A DNA stretch of 64,000 nt from an archaeon (GTDB lineage Archaea > Asgardarchaeota > Thorarchaeia > Thorarchaeales > Thorarchaeaceae). Shown here piece after piece: positions 1 to 9,748 of this stretch; the first letter of the stretch is position 1; the number at the start of each line of letters is the position of its first letter. The stretch covers positions 51,365 to 115,364 of the forward strand of contig JAJRWI010000079.1 of NCBI GenBank assembly GCA_024276825.1, given 5' to 3'. The position numbers and the translations under genes are program-made. Below the pieces are notes generated by a model. That model saw nothing but the letters and a program-made list of their open reading frames with translations, had not been told where the DNA came from and did no database searches.

Positions 1-1
1 G

Positions 2-784
2 AGCACGCATAGAGGCCATGGACATGTTGTTGCCAAAGGCGCCAACATGAATGCTGCAATGGCAGAGTTGCTTGGAAAGAAGACAGGTTCGTGCAAAGGA
101 AAGGGAGGATCGATGCACATCACACAGTTTGATGTGGGAGTGCTTGGTGCAACCGGAGTGGTTGCTTCAGGAATACCCATTGCAGTAGGAGCGGCTCTAT
201 CAGCCAAAATGAGAAAGGCCAATGAGGTTGTTGCATGCTTCTTTGGTGATGGTGCCTCAAACAACGGGACATTTGGTGAATCATTGAACATGGCTGCCAT
301 CTGGAAGCTTCCAGTGATCTTCATTGTTGAGAACAACCTGTATGCCATGGGAACACCAATTAAATTGACGTGCCCAAGTCAAGACATTGCCGCACGTGCT
401 GAGGGCTATTGCATTCCAAGTACTGTCGTTGATGGAAACAATGCTCTAGAAGTCTATGAGGCCACAGTTAAGGCTGTTGAACGTGCGAGAAAGGGAGAAG
501 GTCCCTCATTGATTGAGTGCAAGACCTACAGAATGCGGGGGCATTCACGGTTTGATCCCGCAAAGTATAGACCACCTGAAGAGGTCGAGTTCTGGATGAG
601 CAAGGATGCAGTTGAGATAATCAAAAAGATAGCAATTGAGAATGGAGCATTGACCGAGAAAGAAACAGAAAAGATTAGGAACAAGTTGCAGAAGGAGGTC
701 GACAAGGCCGCCGATTTTGCAATCAAGTCCGACTATCCAGCACCAGAAGAGGCACTGGAGGACGTCTTTGCGGAGGTGAACTAG
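2..784 (+). CDS. TPP-dependent 2-oxoacid/acetoin dehydrogenase E1 alpha subunit (5' truncated by the window edge)
   Basis: The frame is open from position 2 (STHRGHGH...). Motifs GKGGSMH, TPP-binding GDGA...N(N) and YRMRGHS. Confidence 0.93.
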   Translation, partial: STHRGHGHVVAKGANMNAAMAELLGKKTGSCKGKGGSMHITQFDVGVLGATGVVASGIPIAVGAALSAKMRKANEVVACFFGDGASNNGTFGESLNMAAIWKLPVIFIVENNLYAMGTPIKLTCPSQDIAARAEGYCIPSTVVDGNNALEVYEATVKAVERARKGEGPSLIECKTYRMRGHSRFDPAKYRPPEEVEFWMSKDAVEIIKKIAIENGALTEKETEKIRNKLQKEVDKAADFAIKSDYPAPEEALEDVFAEVN

Positions 785-785
785 A

Positions 786-1760
786 ATGCCAGAGATGACT
801 TACAGAGAGGCCTTGAAGCAGGGACTGCGAGAGGAGATGCAAAGAGATGAACGTGTATTCCTCATGGGTGAAGACATTGGTCTGAACTGGGGAGGAGCGT
901 TTAAGGTCACCAAGGGTCTTGCGGAGGAGTTTGGGGTTGAACGCGTACGAGACACTCCAATCTCGGAGAACACTATTGTTGGAGCTGCTGTGGGTGCTGC
1001 AATCACAGGACTTCGTCCAGTGGCAGAGATCATGTTTGGAGACCTCATCACGTTAGCCATGGATCAAGTATGCAACCAAGCCGCAAAGATGCACTACATG
1101 TTTGGAGGACAGAGGTCAGTCCCAATGGTCATCAGGACAGTATTTGGAGGAGGCAAGAATATTGCATCACATCACTCCCAGAGCCTTGAGGCGTGGTTCA
1201 TGCACACACCCGGCTTGAAGATAGCGGTCCCAGCTTTTGCTTATGATGTGAAAGGACTGATCAAGACGGCAATCAGAGACCCAAATCCAGTGATGTTCTT
1301 TGAGCACAAACTCGTGTATGACAAGAAGGAAGAGGTCCCTGAAGAGGAGTATCTCATTCCATTTGGTGAGGCAAAGATTCGTAGAGAGGGGGCTGATGTC
1401 ACAGTGTGGGGCACATTCATCATGGTGCACAAGTCCCTCGAGGTAGCAGAAGAACTCGCCAAAGAAGGGATCAGTGTAGAAGTGATTGATCCAAGAACTC
1501 TCGCACCACTTGATAAGAAGACATTAATCGAGTCTGTTAAAAAGACTGGACGGCTTGTGGTCGTTAGCGAAGAAACAAAAACAGGAGCAGTCACTGCAGA
1601 GATTGCTGCAATGGTCCAAGAGGAGGCTTTTGACTGGCTGGATGCCCCAGTCAAACGAGTGAACGCGCCCGACACACCTGTACCGTTCAGCCCACCGCTG
1701 GAGAACTTTTTCATTCCTGATAAGGAGCGAATTGCCAGGGCCATCAGAGAGATTGTATAG
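786..1760 (+). CDS. 2-oxoacid/acetoin dehydrogenase E1 beta subunit
   Basis: MGEDIG, DTPISE, EIMFGD, HSQSLEAWF and FEHK motifs; 1 nt downstream of E1 alpha. Confidence 0.95.
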   Translation: MPEMTYREALKQGLREEMQRDERVFLMGEDIGLNWGGAFKVTKGLAEEFGVERVRDTPISENTIVGAAVGAAITGLRPVAEIMFGDLITLAMDQVCNQAAKMHYMFGGQRSVPMVIRTVFGGGKNIASHHSQSLEAWFMHTPGLKIAVPAFAYDVKGLIKTAIRDPNPVMFFEHKLVYDKKEEVPEEEYLIPFGEAKIRREGADVTVWGTFIMVHKSLEVAEELAKEGISVEVIDPRTLAPLDKKTLIESVKKTGRLVVVSEETKTGAVTAEIAAMVQEEAFDWLDAPVKRVNAPDTPVPFSPPLENFFIPDKERIARAIREIV

Positions 1761-1773
1761 GAGACCCATCACA

Positions 1774-3018
1774 ATGGTCACAATCATGATCATGCAACGG
1801 ATGAGTGTTGCAATGGAGTATGGCGTCATCCTCAAATGGCTCAAGAAAGAGGGTGACAAGGTAAAGAAGGGAGAGCCAGTAGTTGAGATATTTGGTGAGA
1901 AGAACGAGTTTGAACTCGAGGCCCCTGCAGATGGCATCCTGCTCAAGATTCTGTGTGAGGTTGACGATGAGATTCCTATCAGTGAACCAATTGCCATCAT
2001 TGGCGAGAAGGGAGAGGAGATTCCAGATATCAGACCAAAAGTGCTCAATGCTCCAAAACAGCAGACAACCACGGCACCAACAATAGCTCCCGCAGAAGTC
2101 GTTCAGAGAGAACCACCAAGGATTCGGACGCCTACAACAAGAACAACAACATCGGTTCTTTCAACCGGTAGAATCAAGGCATCACCAAGGGCAAGGAAGA
2201 AGGCTCGTGAACTCGGCATCGATCTTTCCACTGTTGTCGGGACGGGACCAGATGGAAGAATAGTTGAACGTGATGTGATTGCAGCTCAGACTACCACTGC
2301 CACACCGATAAGTGTCAATCTTGATAGGAATGTGAGAGCGGTGGAAGCCCTTACACCACTGCGCAGGACAATTGCAAGAAGGATGACTCAGAGCTCTCAT
2401 AATCCACATATTACAATGATCACCGAGATCGACATGACCGAGGTTGTTGCGCTTAGGGAGGAGATAAATGAGCGTACCGAACGAGAGCTTGGGATCAGGG
2501 TTTCGTTTAATGATATCATAGTCAAGGCGGTTGCTGATGTCCTTGAGAGGTTTCCCAGGTTTAATGCCACACTTGTCGGAAATGAGCTGCACATGTTTGA
2601 GGATATTAACATAGGTGTTGCTATGGCTACTGATAACGGCCTTTTGGTGCCTGTGGTGAGAGATGCCAACAAGAAATCTATCACCGAGATCGCAAAGGAA
2701 ACCAAGGAGCTTGGTCGTAGAGCAAGGAACAACAAGCTAAAGCCTGAAGAACTCTCAGGCAGCACTTTTACTGTGTCGAACCTAGGACCTTTCAAGGTTG
2801 ACCTGTTTATCCCTGTGATCAATCCGCCAGAAACCGCAATACTCGCATTGGGCCAGATAAAGAAGAAGCCTGTTGTAATTAATGACATGATTGCGATAAG
2901 GAGTATGATGATGGCTAGTTGTGCGGTTGATCATAGAGTACTTGATGGCGCCCCTGCAGGACGGTTCCTTCAGGCCTTAAAGGAAACACTTGAAAACCCG
3001 TTCTTCATGAAAATCTAG
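1774..3018 (+). CDS. Dihydrolipoamide acyltransferase E2
   Basis: N-terminal lipoyl domain (W.KK.GD.V...EIFGEKNEFELEAPADG), E3-binding domain (ASPRARK...GTGPDGRI) and catalytic DHRVLDG. Start moved to ATG 1774 to avoid overlap with E1 beta. Confidence 0.93.
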   Translation: MVTIMIMQRMSVAMEYGVILKWLKKEGDKVKKGEPVVEIFGEKNEFELEAPADGILLKILCEVDDEIPISEPIAIIGEKGEEIPDIRPKVLNAPKQQTTTAPTIAPAEVVQREPPRIRTPTTRTTTSVLSTGRIKASPRARKKARELGIDLSTVVGTGPDGRIVERDVIAAQTTTATPISVNLDRNVRAVEALTPLRRTIARRMTQSSHNPHITMITEIDMTEVVALREEINERTERELGIRVSFNDIIVKAVADVLERFPRFNATLVGNELHMFEDINIGVAMATDNGLLVPVVRDANKKSITEIAKETKELGRRARNNKLKPEELSGSTFTVSNLGPFKVDLFIPVINPPETAILALGQIKKKPVVINDMIAIRSMMMASCAVDHRVLDGAPAGRFLQALKETLENPFFMKI

Positions 3019-3153
3019 GCTCTGCTGGAACGAAAATGAGTGATGGGAATCATTCAAGGAGGTCGTTTAACCAGTAATATTGAGGTATATCACCTGATAA
3101 TAGAGTAAAATAATATATAAGCAGAACTAGTGAAGTATACAGTGGGACAACAT

Positions 3154-3954
3154 ATGACTTGGCGTGTGATTGAGACCTCTGAGATGGATATATTCAGAAA
3201 TCTTGCCATCGAGGAGGCTCTTGCAAAAGTCAACGCCGAATCAGAAGAGAAAGAATGTACGCTGAGGTTCTGGCAGTCAAATCCTGCAGTTGTAATGGGC
3301 CGTTTTCAATGTACGCACCTTGAACTCAATATTGATTATTGCAGAGAAAATGGAATACCTATCGCGCGAAGATTCACAGGAGGAGGTACGGTGTACCATG
3401 ATAAGGGAAACCTCAACATTACACTCTGCATGGACCAGAGCAGGCCCTATGTGTCGCGTACTCTTACTGAACTATATTGGAACTTCTTTGGAGCCATAGC
3501 CAACGCCTTGAGAAAGATCAAAGTGCCGGCATACTATGATTCGGACAGACAATGTTTGAGAATAAATGGAAGAAAGATCACAGGTACAGCAGGTTGGCTC
3601 AAAAGGGGAGTATCATTCATTCATGGAACTCTATTAATAGACTCAGACTTGCAACTCCTCAACAATTGCTTGCATGTCCCACCAAATCAGAAGGAGTATT
3701 ATCGCAGTCAATCAAGGATACGATGTAAGCCTAGTAAACGCGATGTGGTCACGGTCATCACAAAAGAGGTTGGGATAAGTCCTTCTTTGAGTGAGATAAA
3801 GCGGGCAATCAGTGAACAACTTGCCAAAATCACTGAAGAAAAATTTGAGATTGGTGAACTCACTCAGGAAGAGATTGATGTAGCAGAGGCCTTATATCAG
3901 ACTCGCTATAGTCAAGAAGAGTGGAACATGGGTATTCCAGCCAATAGCGAATGA
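3154..3954 (+). CDS. lplA: Lipoate-protein ligase A (catalytic domain)
   Basis: NLAIEEAL, RRFTGGGTVYHD.GNLN, KITGTA, HGTLL; next to E2. Start could be 3130 or 3154. Confidence 0.9.
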   Translation: MTWRVIETSEMDIFRNLAIEEALAKVNAESEEKECTLRFWQSNPAVVMGRFQCTHLELNIDYCRENGIPIARRFTGGGTVYHDKGNLNITLCMDQSRPYVSRTLTELYWNFFGAIANALRKIKVPAYYDSDRQCLRINGRKITGTAGWLKRGVSFIHGTLLIDSDLQLLNNCLHVPPNQKEYYRSQSRIRCKPSKRDVVTVITKEVGISPSLSEIKRAISEQLAKITEEKFEIGELTQEEIDVAEALYQTRYSQEEWNMGIPANSE

Positions 3955-3969
3955 TGGAGACTGTGAGAA

Positions 3970-4323
3970 TTGGCAGATCATGAGGTTGAAAAGATTCTAA
4001 AGAGTTTCATGCGACATTATGGAGCGCTCAATCGTGACATTCCTGAAACAAGGAATGCATTTTCAGACTTATTGAAGACTGTACATAAAGACGGAGCTCT
4101 CCCGGCCAAGTTTAAGGAGATCATCTGCATTGTGGCCTCTGTGCTTGCACCCTGTGACTCGTGTATTGTCTATCATGTCAAACAGGCATTGACAGCAGGA
4201 GCCACAAGGGAAGAGATTATGGAGGCATGTGGTGTGGCCATTGTTATGGGCGGAGGACCAGCAGCAGCTCACCTCGCCCTTGTTCAAGATGCCCTTGATG
4301 AGTGGGCACCAAGAAAGAAGTGA
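3970..4323 (+). CDS. Carboxymuconolactone decarboxylase/AhpD-like protein (CxxC)
   Basis: GAL..KFKEII...CDSCIVYH...GATREEI.EA...MGGGP pattern. Confidence 0.9.
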   Translation: MADHEVEKILKSFMRHYGALNRDIPETRNAFSDLLKTVHKDGALPAKFKEIICIVASVLAPCDSCIVYHVKQALTAGATREEIMEACGVAIVMGGGPAAAHLALVQDALDEWAPRKK

Positions 4324-4324
4324 G

Positions 4325-4342
4325 GGAGAGAATAATCTCTCC
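4325..4342. terminator. Hairpin between convergent genes
   Basis: GGAGAGA-ATAA-TCTCTCC perfect 7-bp stem directly after the stop at 4323. Confidence 0.5.
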
Positions 4343-4377
4343 AATCCATTTTTCCATATGAATTGTTATTTTAGCGT

Positions 4378-4728
4378 TCATTCAAAAGTCCGAACACATA
4401 GGAATTTGGCGGGGGACGCGCCATCATTGATGAACTGATGAGGCTCATTACTAGCTATGTGAATGACATCTCCCCGTTTCAGAGTAATCATCTCGTTACC
4501 GACCTTTACACGAATACTGCCTGACATCATATAGACGCCATGCTCATGTTCATGAGTGTCATAGGAAGTATGACCTCCAGGCTGAATAATGTAGCACCGC
4601 ATAGCAAACTTCTGTGACGAGTTGTCGGGATTAAGCAGCCGATGCCATAGCACACCAGTTATACCTTCTGCCATATATAGTTCATATTCAGACGCAGGAA
4701 CATCTCTTGTGAGATACATGATTACCAC
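4378..4728 (-). CDS. Cupin domain protein
   Basis: PGGHT...HEHEH.VY...G and GDVIHI...EPHQF.N cupin motifs. Confidence 0.9.
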   Translation of the reverse strand: MVIMYLTRDVPASEYELYMAEGITGVLWHRLLNPDNSSQKFAMRCYIIQPGGHTSYDTHEHEHGVYMMSGSIRVKVGNEMITLKRGDVIHIASNEPHQFINDGASPAKFLCVRTFE

Positions 4729-4733
4729 CAGGA

Positions 4734-5777
4734 TTAGCTAAGATCTGTGAATAGAACCTTGATTGCCTTCTGGGTTTCCATCAACTCGAAGCCATCATCC
4801 CACTCATCAAGAGAGAGTCTGTGAGTAATGAGTGGGTTCACATCAATCTGACCACTGGCCATCATCTGAAGCGTAATCACCCAAGACGAAGGTATTGTCC
4901 CCCAAGTGCCCCCCATGGTGAGCTCCTTCTCAATCATTGTGTCTATATTAATATCTGTAGGGCTACCTTGAACTCCAAGTATCGATATATGTCCAGTAGT
5001 CTTCACAAATTCCATGGCCTGCCTTCGTGCCGCAGCAGATCCTGAGGCCTCTATGACAACATCAGCACCATCAGCAATAGAAACACCCTGTACAATCTCA
5101 ACAGCATCAGGTGAGGTTTGTACATCAATCGTCAGGTCAGCCCCTGTCTTCTTGGCAATATCAAGGCGCCAACTGTCAGCACTTGTTCCTGTCACTATGA
5201 CCTTTCCAGCACCCATTGCACGAGCGACTTGAGCTGCCAACAGGCCCATGGTACCAGGACCCTGAACTACAACGACATCACCAGGAAAAATGGGAGTAGA
5301 CTCTACGACAGAATGAACAACACAGGCAGTTGGTTCTGCCAAAGCGGCCTCTTCAAGTGATAGTCTATCGGGAACTTTGTGAATAATGTACTCTGGAGCA
5401 ACAAGATACTTTGCAAAAGCTCCATCGGCCAATGAAACCCCGAGGATTCTCTTGTTCTTTGCAGTGCATCTGTTCACATGGCCCATCTTACACTGATAGC
5501 AACGACCGCAATATGCGGTGGCGGGGGAAACCACTCTATCACCCACTTCAATGTCTTGAACATTGCTCCCCACCTCAACAACAGTGCCTGCATACTCGTG
5601 ACCAAGAACAACAGGAGGTGTGTAAAAGGAGTGATCATGTTTTATGTGAATGTCAGTGCCGCAGATGCCTGCAGCAGCGACTTCAACTTTGACCTCATTT
5701 GGCCCCGGCGTCGGTTCATCAACATCCATGAGTTCGATATTTCCAACACCACGGTTCTTCTTCACAAGACCTCTCAT
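4734..5777 (-). CDS. Zinc-dependent alcohol dehydrogenase (MDR; sorbitol/threonine/butanediol DH-like)
   Basis: GICGTD, GHE, structural Zn site CGRCYQC...C, EP.AC and GPGTMG. Confidence 0.93.
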   Translation of the reverse strand: MRGLVKKNRGVGNIELMDVDEPTPGPNEVKVEVAAAGICGTDIHIKHDHSFYTPPVVLGHEYAGTVVEVGSNVQDIEVGDRVVSPATAYCGRCYQCKMGHVNRCTAKNKRILGVSLADGAFAKYLVAPEYIIHKVPDRLSLEEAALAEPTACVVHSVVESTPIFPGDVVVVQGPGTMGLLAAQVARAMGAGKVIVTGTSADSWRLDIAKKTGADLTIDVQTSPDAVEIVQGVSIADGADVVIEASGSAAARRQAMEFVKTTGHISILGVQGSPTDINIDTMIEKELTMGGTWGTIPSSWVITLQMMASGQIDVNPLITHRLSLDEWDDGFELMETQKAIKVLFTDLS

Positions 5778-5835
5778 TTCTGATCCTCTTGATGACTGAA
5801 GAGGCAGGTTCTAAGAATCTTGCGGAAGTGAATTG

Positions 5836-6105
5836 TTACTTGATAATGTTGAGAAATGTCTGTGGTTCTTCACCCTCATCAAGAGGTCTGACCTTGAACT
5901 GAGGACCATATTGCCCTCTGAGTCTTGATGCAACTTGAGCGCCAACGAACTTCTCTCGAACGCCTGTCTTCTTGCCTTTCCAGAGGAATATTGATTGGGA
6001 ACGTTCATCCACGATGCAATAGGCCTTGGTGGACTCTAGGACATTATATGAAACTTCAATCTCCTCGTGTGTGCCATCAGGATGGATTTCGAATCCAACT
6101 ATCAT
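5836..6105 (-). CDS. Single-domain gelsolin-like protein (proto-gelsolin type)
   Basis: YCIVD...IFLWKG...REKF.GA..AS.L...V..LDEGEEP..F matches the gelsolin repeat. AGGAG lies upstream of the ATG at 6105. Confidence 0.85.
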   Translation of the reverse strand: MIVGFEIHPDGTHEEIEVSYNVLESTKAYCIVDERSQSIFLWKGKKTGVREKFVGAQVASRLRGQYGPQFKVRPLDEGEEPQTFLNIIK

Positions 6106-6187
6106 TAGAGAAGGGCTCCTGTGGTGAAACATGCTTTGGTTCATGGTTGTTGTATCATGTCATTTCTTAAGAACTCGTATAATACAA

Positions 6188-6538
6188 TCAGACCTCTTCA
6201 AAAGTCGCCCTGACGACAGCACCACAATATGAGCATTTTGCCTCCAATGGCCCGACCCAGTCAATGGTCTCATGACTGAGAGCTGCACCGCATGAAGGGC
6301 ATTTAGTGGGTATTCGTACGGTTCTAATCCCTGAACCATCAGCGCGGGTTCGCGATCTGTAGGATTCAGGTATAGCAAATTCAGGTGCTTCAAGAGTCAT
6401 TGTTCTTCCAGCAGCCTTGCAGATTTTCACAAAGACTACTACAACAATGATGATCATTAGGATCGGCACAATCATGAATATGATTGTGATTGCCCCGAAT
6501 ATTGAGAATATCCCGAAGGGATCGAAACCAATTTGCAT
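6188..6538 (-). CDS. Membrane-anchored zinc-ribbon protein
   Basis: N-terminal hydrophobic helix; C-terminal CPSCG...CSYCG. Confidence 0.8.
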   Translation of the reverse strand: MQIGFDPFGIFSIFGAITIIFMIVPILMIIIVVVVFVKICKAAGRTMTLEAPEFAIPESYRSRTRADGSGIRTVRIPTKCPSCGAALSHETIDWVGPLEAKCSYCGAVVRATFEEV

Positions 6539-6995
6539 GCGTATTCCTCGTTGCTTGGTGTGTGTGTTTTCAAATTAATTTGCTTATTACTTTTAAGGAT
6601 GGCGTGGTTCGCCAAGGTTCACTTTGTGATTAGATACATGAAAATACAGCACATGGGGTTGCGCACAGATGCTGAGAAATGGGACAAACTTGGACACTCT
6701 TCAAATAAATGTTTGATAGAACCCTTGAAAAATGTAGGAGCTTGAATTGTGTGACACATACAAGAGAAAAGCAGTCCTGTGCCGTTCCAGGAAGGACTGG
6801 ACTCTGATGTCCAAGAATGCCCAACTTACAATGAACGGTTTCAACCGACATGAGAATCAAAAATGCTGGATATCAAGTCATGCCATTTTTTTAGAAAAAA
6901 TGTGGTGTCAATTAATGAATAACTCATAGGAGCATATATTAAGTCATTATAAGTCGTATATAGTATAATGCGTCAGACTTTCGGGGTCTTTTGAA

Positions 6996-9244
6996 ATGAA
7001 ACATGGGACCAAGAGGATTCTAATTCTTTTACCAATAATGATTATTTACATTATACTTCTGTATATCAGCGGACCAGACTGGAACACATCTCACGGGGTC
7101 AGTGTGATATATTCAGTGTTAGCATTTCTTTGTCTGATATTAGTGGTTTCACTCAACAATCTCATCCGTATCGAAAATACAATCGCCAACCAGCTTATTG
7201 CAGGAACCGCTAATTATGGGTTCCTCGTCTTTGCAGGATCGGCAATCTCAAACCTATGGAGAGTTGACAACGGTCCAATTCACCTGCAGCCTCATGGGAT
7301 ATTATTGAATCTGATTGGTCTCTTAATAGCAAGCACTCTGTTCTTTGCTTTTGGGCATCAAGTTGGTAAGAATGGGTCTAAGAGCGATTCTGGAGTCTTG
7401 TCGCATCTCAGAATCATTGTGGCTGTGATTGGAGTAGGAATATCTATTATGTTTGCAATAATAATTCGAGCAGACACACCCGTTGACATCATATTGATAG
7501 CTGGTTATGCAATTGGATCTATTGCATTTATTCTGTTTTTTGCAGCTGGAGTACTGATATTTAAGAAGAGGGAGTCTGTGATTTCAATAGACCCATATCG
7601 CATTGCAATCGCCGCATGGCTCCTCTCAGCTGCTGCAATCACTCACATTTACATTCTGTCTAGCCCATCGGTGTTGTGGCTACTTTCGATTGGATTCATT
7701 ATAATGGCGTTCATCTATGCAGTGATTGGAATCACGGTCCATTACTTGATTATGATTGAGGTTGATTCAAAACGAGCATATGTATTCTCACTTGGCATCA
7801 ATCTAGTCATTCTCTTTCCAGTTCTTGGGATCTACCTAATTAACAGCCTCACTGCAGGTACTACCATAGTGAATGTTGGTGTGACTGTCATCATTCACCT
7901 CAGTGCATCGTTGATGGCGGGAGGAGCGGCATATATGATGATCATGAGGAGCAGGCGAGCACCCGTTCCATGGCATACTCCAATCATCCTTCTGCTCTTG
8001 TTCTGGTGTGCTGCTGAGATAATTATCAGCATTTCCCCCATGCTGCCCATATATAATGGCACAGTTTCATTAATGCCGTACATCATAGGGTCAATCATCG
8101 CCTCGTTGGTGCTCTATATTGCATATAGGGCTGCATTTTCTCCAAGATTGAGTGTGGTGCAGTTCAGACCAAAGTGGTTCTATATCATGGCAATTGCCAT
8201 ATTCATCTTGATTCTTGTGTTTGCTGAGTTTGTCCGTTTTCAACTGTTTCAGGCATTCCCAGATTTTGCTCATGATAGCTTTGTTCAATCAGCATTGGCA
8301 CCGACTATAATGCTTGTATTCAGCTATTTCACTCTGTTTGGCATGCTTAGCCTGTTTTTTGTACTGATAAGTCTGCACGGGGGGAGGTTCACATTCGATA
8401 CAAACCTTGCAAATATTTCAGTGGTCTGGGTCATTGTTGTGCTGTTGCGCGCAAACTTCAGTGTCTGGACAACTGGCTGGTGGATGACTGACTTCTTGCT
8501 TTACTTGACTGCTGTGGGATGCATTCTCTATTTAATCAAGGTTCATGTTGACGAAGTAAGAATACGAGAGGACTATCAAGAGCGTATCCTTATCCAAAAG
8601 GAGGTCCTATTGAAAGACTTGCTATCTGAGATTCAAATGGTTGAAGACCATATAGAAGCGTTAGGTAGAACCAATGAGATGGACTCTCGCCTTGATATTG
8701 TTTCAAGGGCCTTGAGCCAGTTATCACATGCAGAGAGCATAGCTCAAAGAATCAATGCAGTTTTAACAGAGAGCGTCATTGCCAGTTCGGACCTGGTCCC
8801 AATGGATTTTGCAGAAATCTGCAAGACTGAGCTGACAACTGAAAGAGTGGGATGTACTCCGACATTCACAGGCAGCCTCAAGGAGTGTACTATACTTGCC
8901 AATGATTTACTTGTTGATGCAATTCACAAGGTCATGGAGTTCCTGGTCAATCGAATTGGACTCCTAAATGAGTTGGCTGTGGAGTTTTCACATAACCTAG
9001 ACAGCGAAACTCCAATGTGCATCGCCGAAATGAGAATGACTATTAGAACAGACTATGCTCATGAGAGCAGAACATGCTCCTTAGGTACATGAGTTCCACT
9101 TCAAGTGAGGCTGTTGAGATCGCATATATTAGAAGGCTGATTAGTCTTTTTAAAGGGTCCATTGCGATAATGCCCAATGCTGCCGAGGAGGGACTTCTTG
9201 AAATTATCATCGAAATAGCGCTTAGAAAGGTATGTGATGATTGA
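6996..9244 (+). CDS. Polytopic membrane sensor with degenerate histidine-kinase-like C-terminus; -1 frameshift near 9063-9089
   Basis: More than 12 hydrophobic segments, then HisKA-like (LLKDLLSEIQ) and ANDLL segments. The -1 frame continues as ...EIAYIRRLISLFKGSI...LEIIIEI, an HATPase-like end, to TGA at 9244. Confidence 0.65.
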
Positions 9245-9347
9245 GAACAAGACCCAGCAGTCAGAACAATTCAGCCCACTCGTAATCTATAAAAGAAGTG
9301 GAAACAAATCATTGAATTGAAAACCTCAGAGGAGGACTTGTAGAAAA

Positions 9348-9707
9348 TTGCAGATTCCAACATTTCTCTTAAGAAAACTATATGTCAAAGGTAGTCTTGA
9401 AAATGTTGATGATGGATTCCAATTTAAGATAAAGAACTCATTATCACCAGGAACGGCTATTGGCATTGAGCCGATCAAAGTTGACGATAAGGAATACCCA
9501 TTGGAGAACACAATAATTCGTTCGGATGAAACAGAGGTTCCTGCAGCAGAGGTCACACAGGACAATTCATTCCCAATCAAAGTAGGGGTTGAGATCATTA
9601 TTCATATCAAGGGAGAGAAATTGTCAGAAGGGGAGCATAAGATCGATATTTCGATACAGACCAAAGAGGCTGGAAAACTCGCTTTTGATGTGAAGGACAG
9701 TATATAA
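9348..9707 (+). CDS. Conserved hypothetical beta-rich protein (LLRKLYVKGSL family)
   Basis: GAGGAGG RBS upstream of a TTG start; coherent beta-sandwich-like sequence; function unknown. Confidence 0.75.
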   Translation: MQIPTFLLRKLYVKGSLENVDDGFQFKIKNSLSPGTAIGIEPIKVDDKEYPLENTIIRSDETEVPAAEVTQDNSFPIKVGVEIIIHIKGEKLSEGEHKIDISIQTKEAGKLAFDVKDSI

Positions 9708-9715
9708 AAAAATGT

Positions 9716-9741
9716 ATGCAGAGGAGAAGTTCCCTCTGCAT
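9716..9741. terminator. Hairpin between convergent genes
   Basis: ATGCAGAGG...CCTCTGCAT 9-bp inverted repeat. Confidence 0.55.
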
Positions 9742-9748
9742 TCTAATT

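Noticed and set aside
1732-1773. Longer N-terminus for E2 as given in the ORF track
   Set aside because: It overlaps the E1 beta end; the lipoyl domain begins at ATG 1774.
6533-6995. Short ORFs and a CAGTCCT/AGGACTG inverted repeat in the intergenic gap
   Set aside because: Overlapping ORFs in conflicting frames with no motifs; the repeat is short and isolated. Most likely a divergent promoter region.
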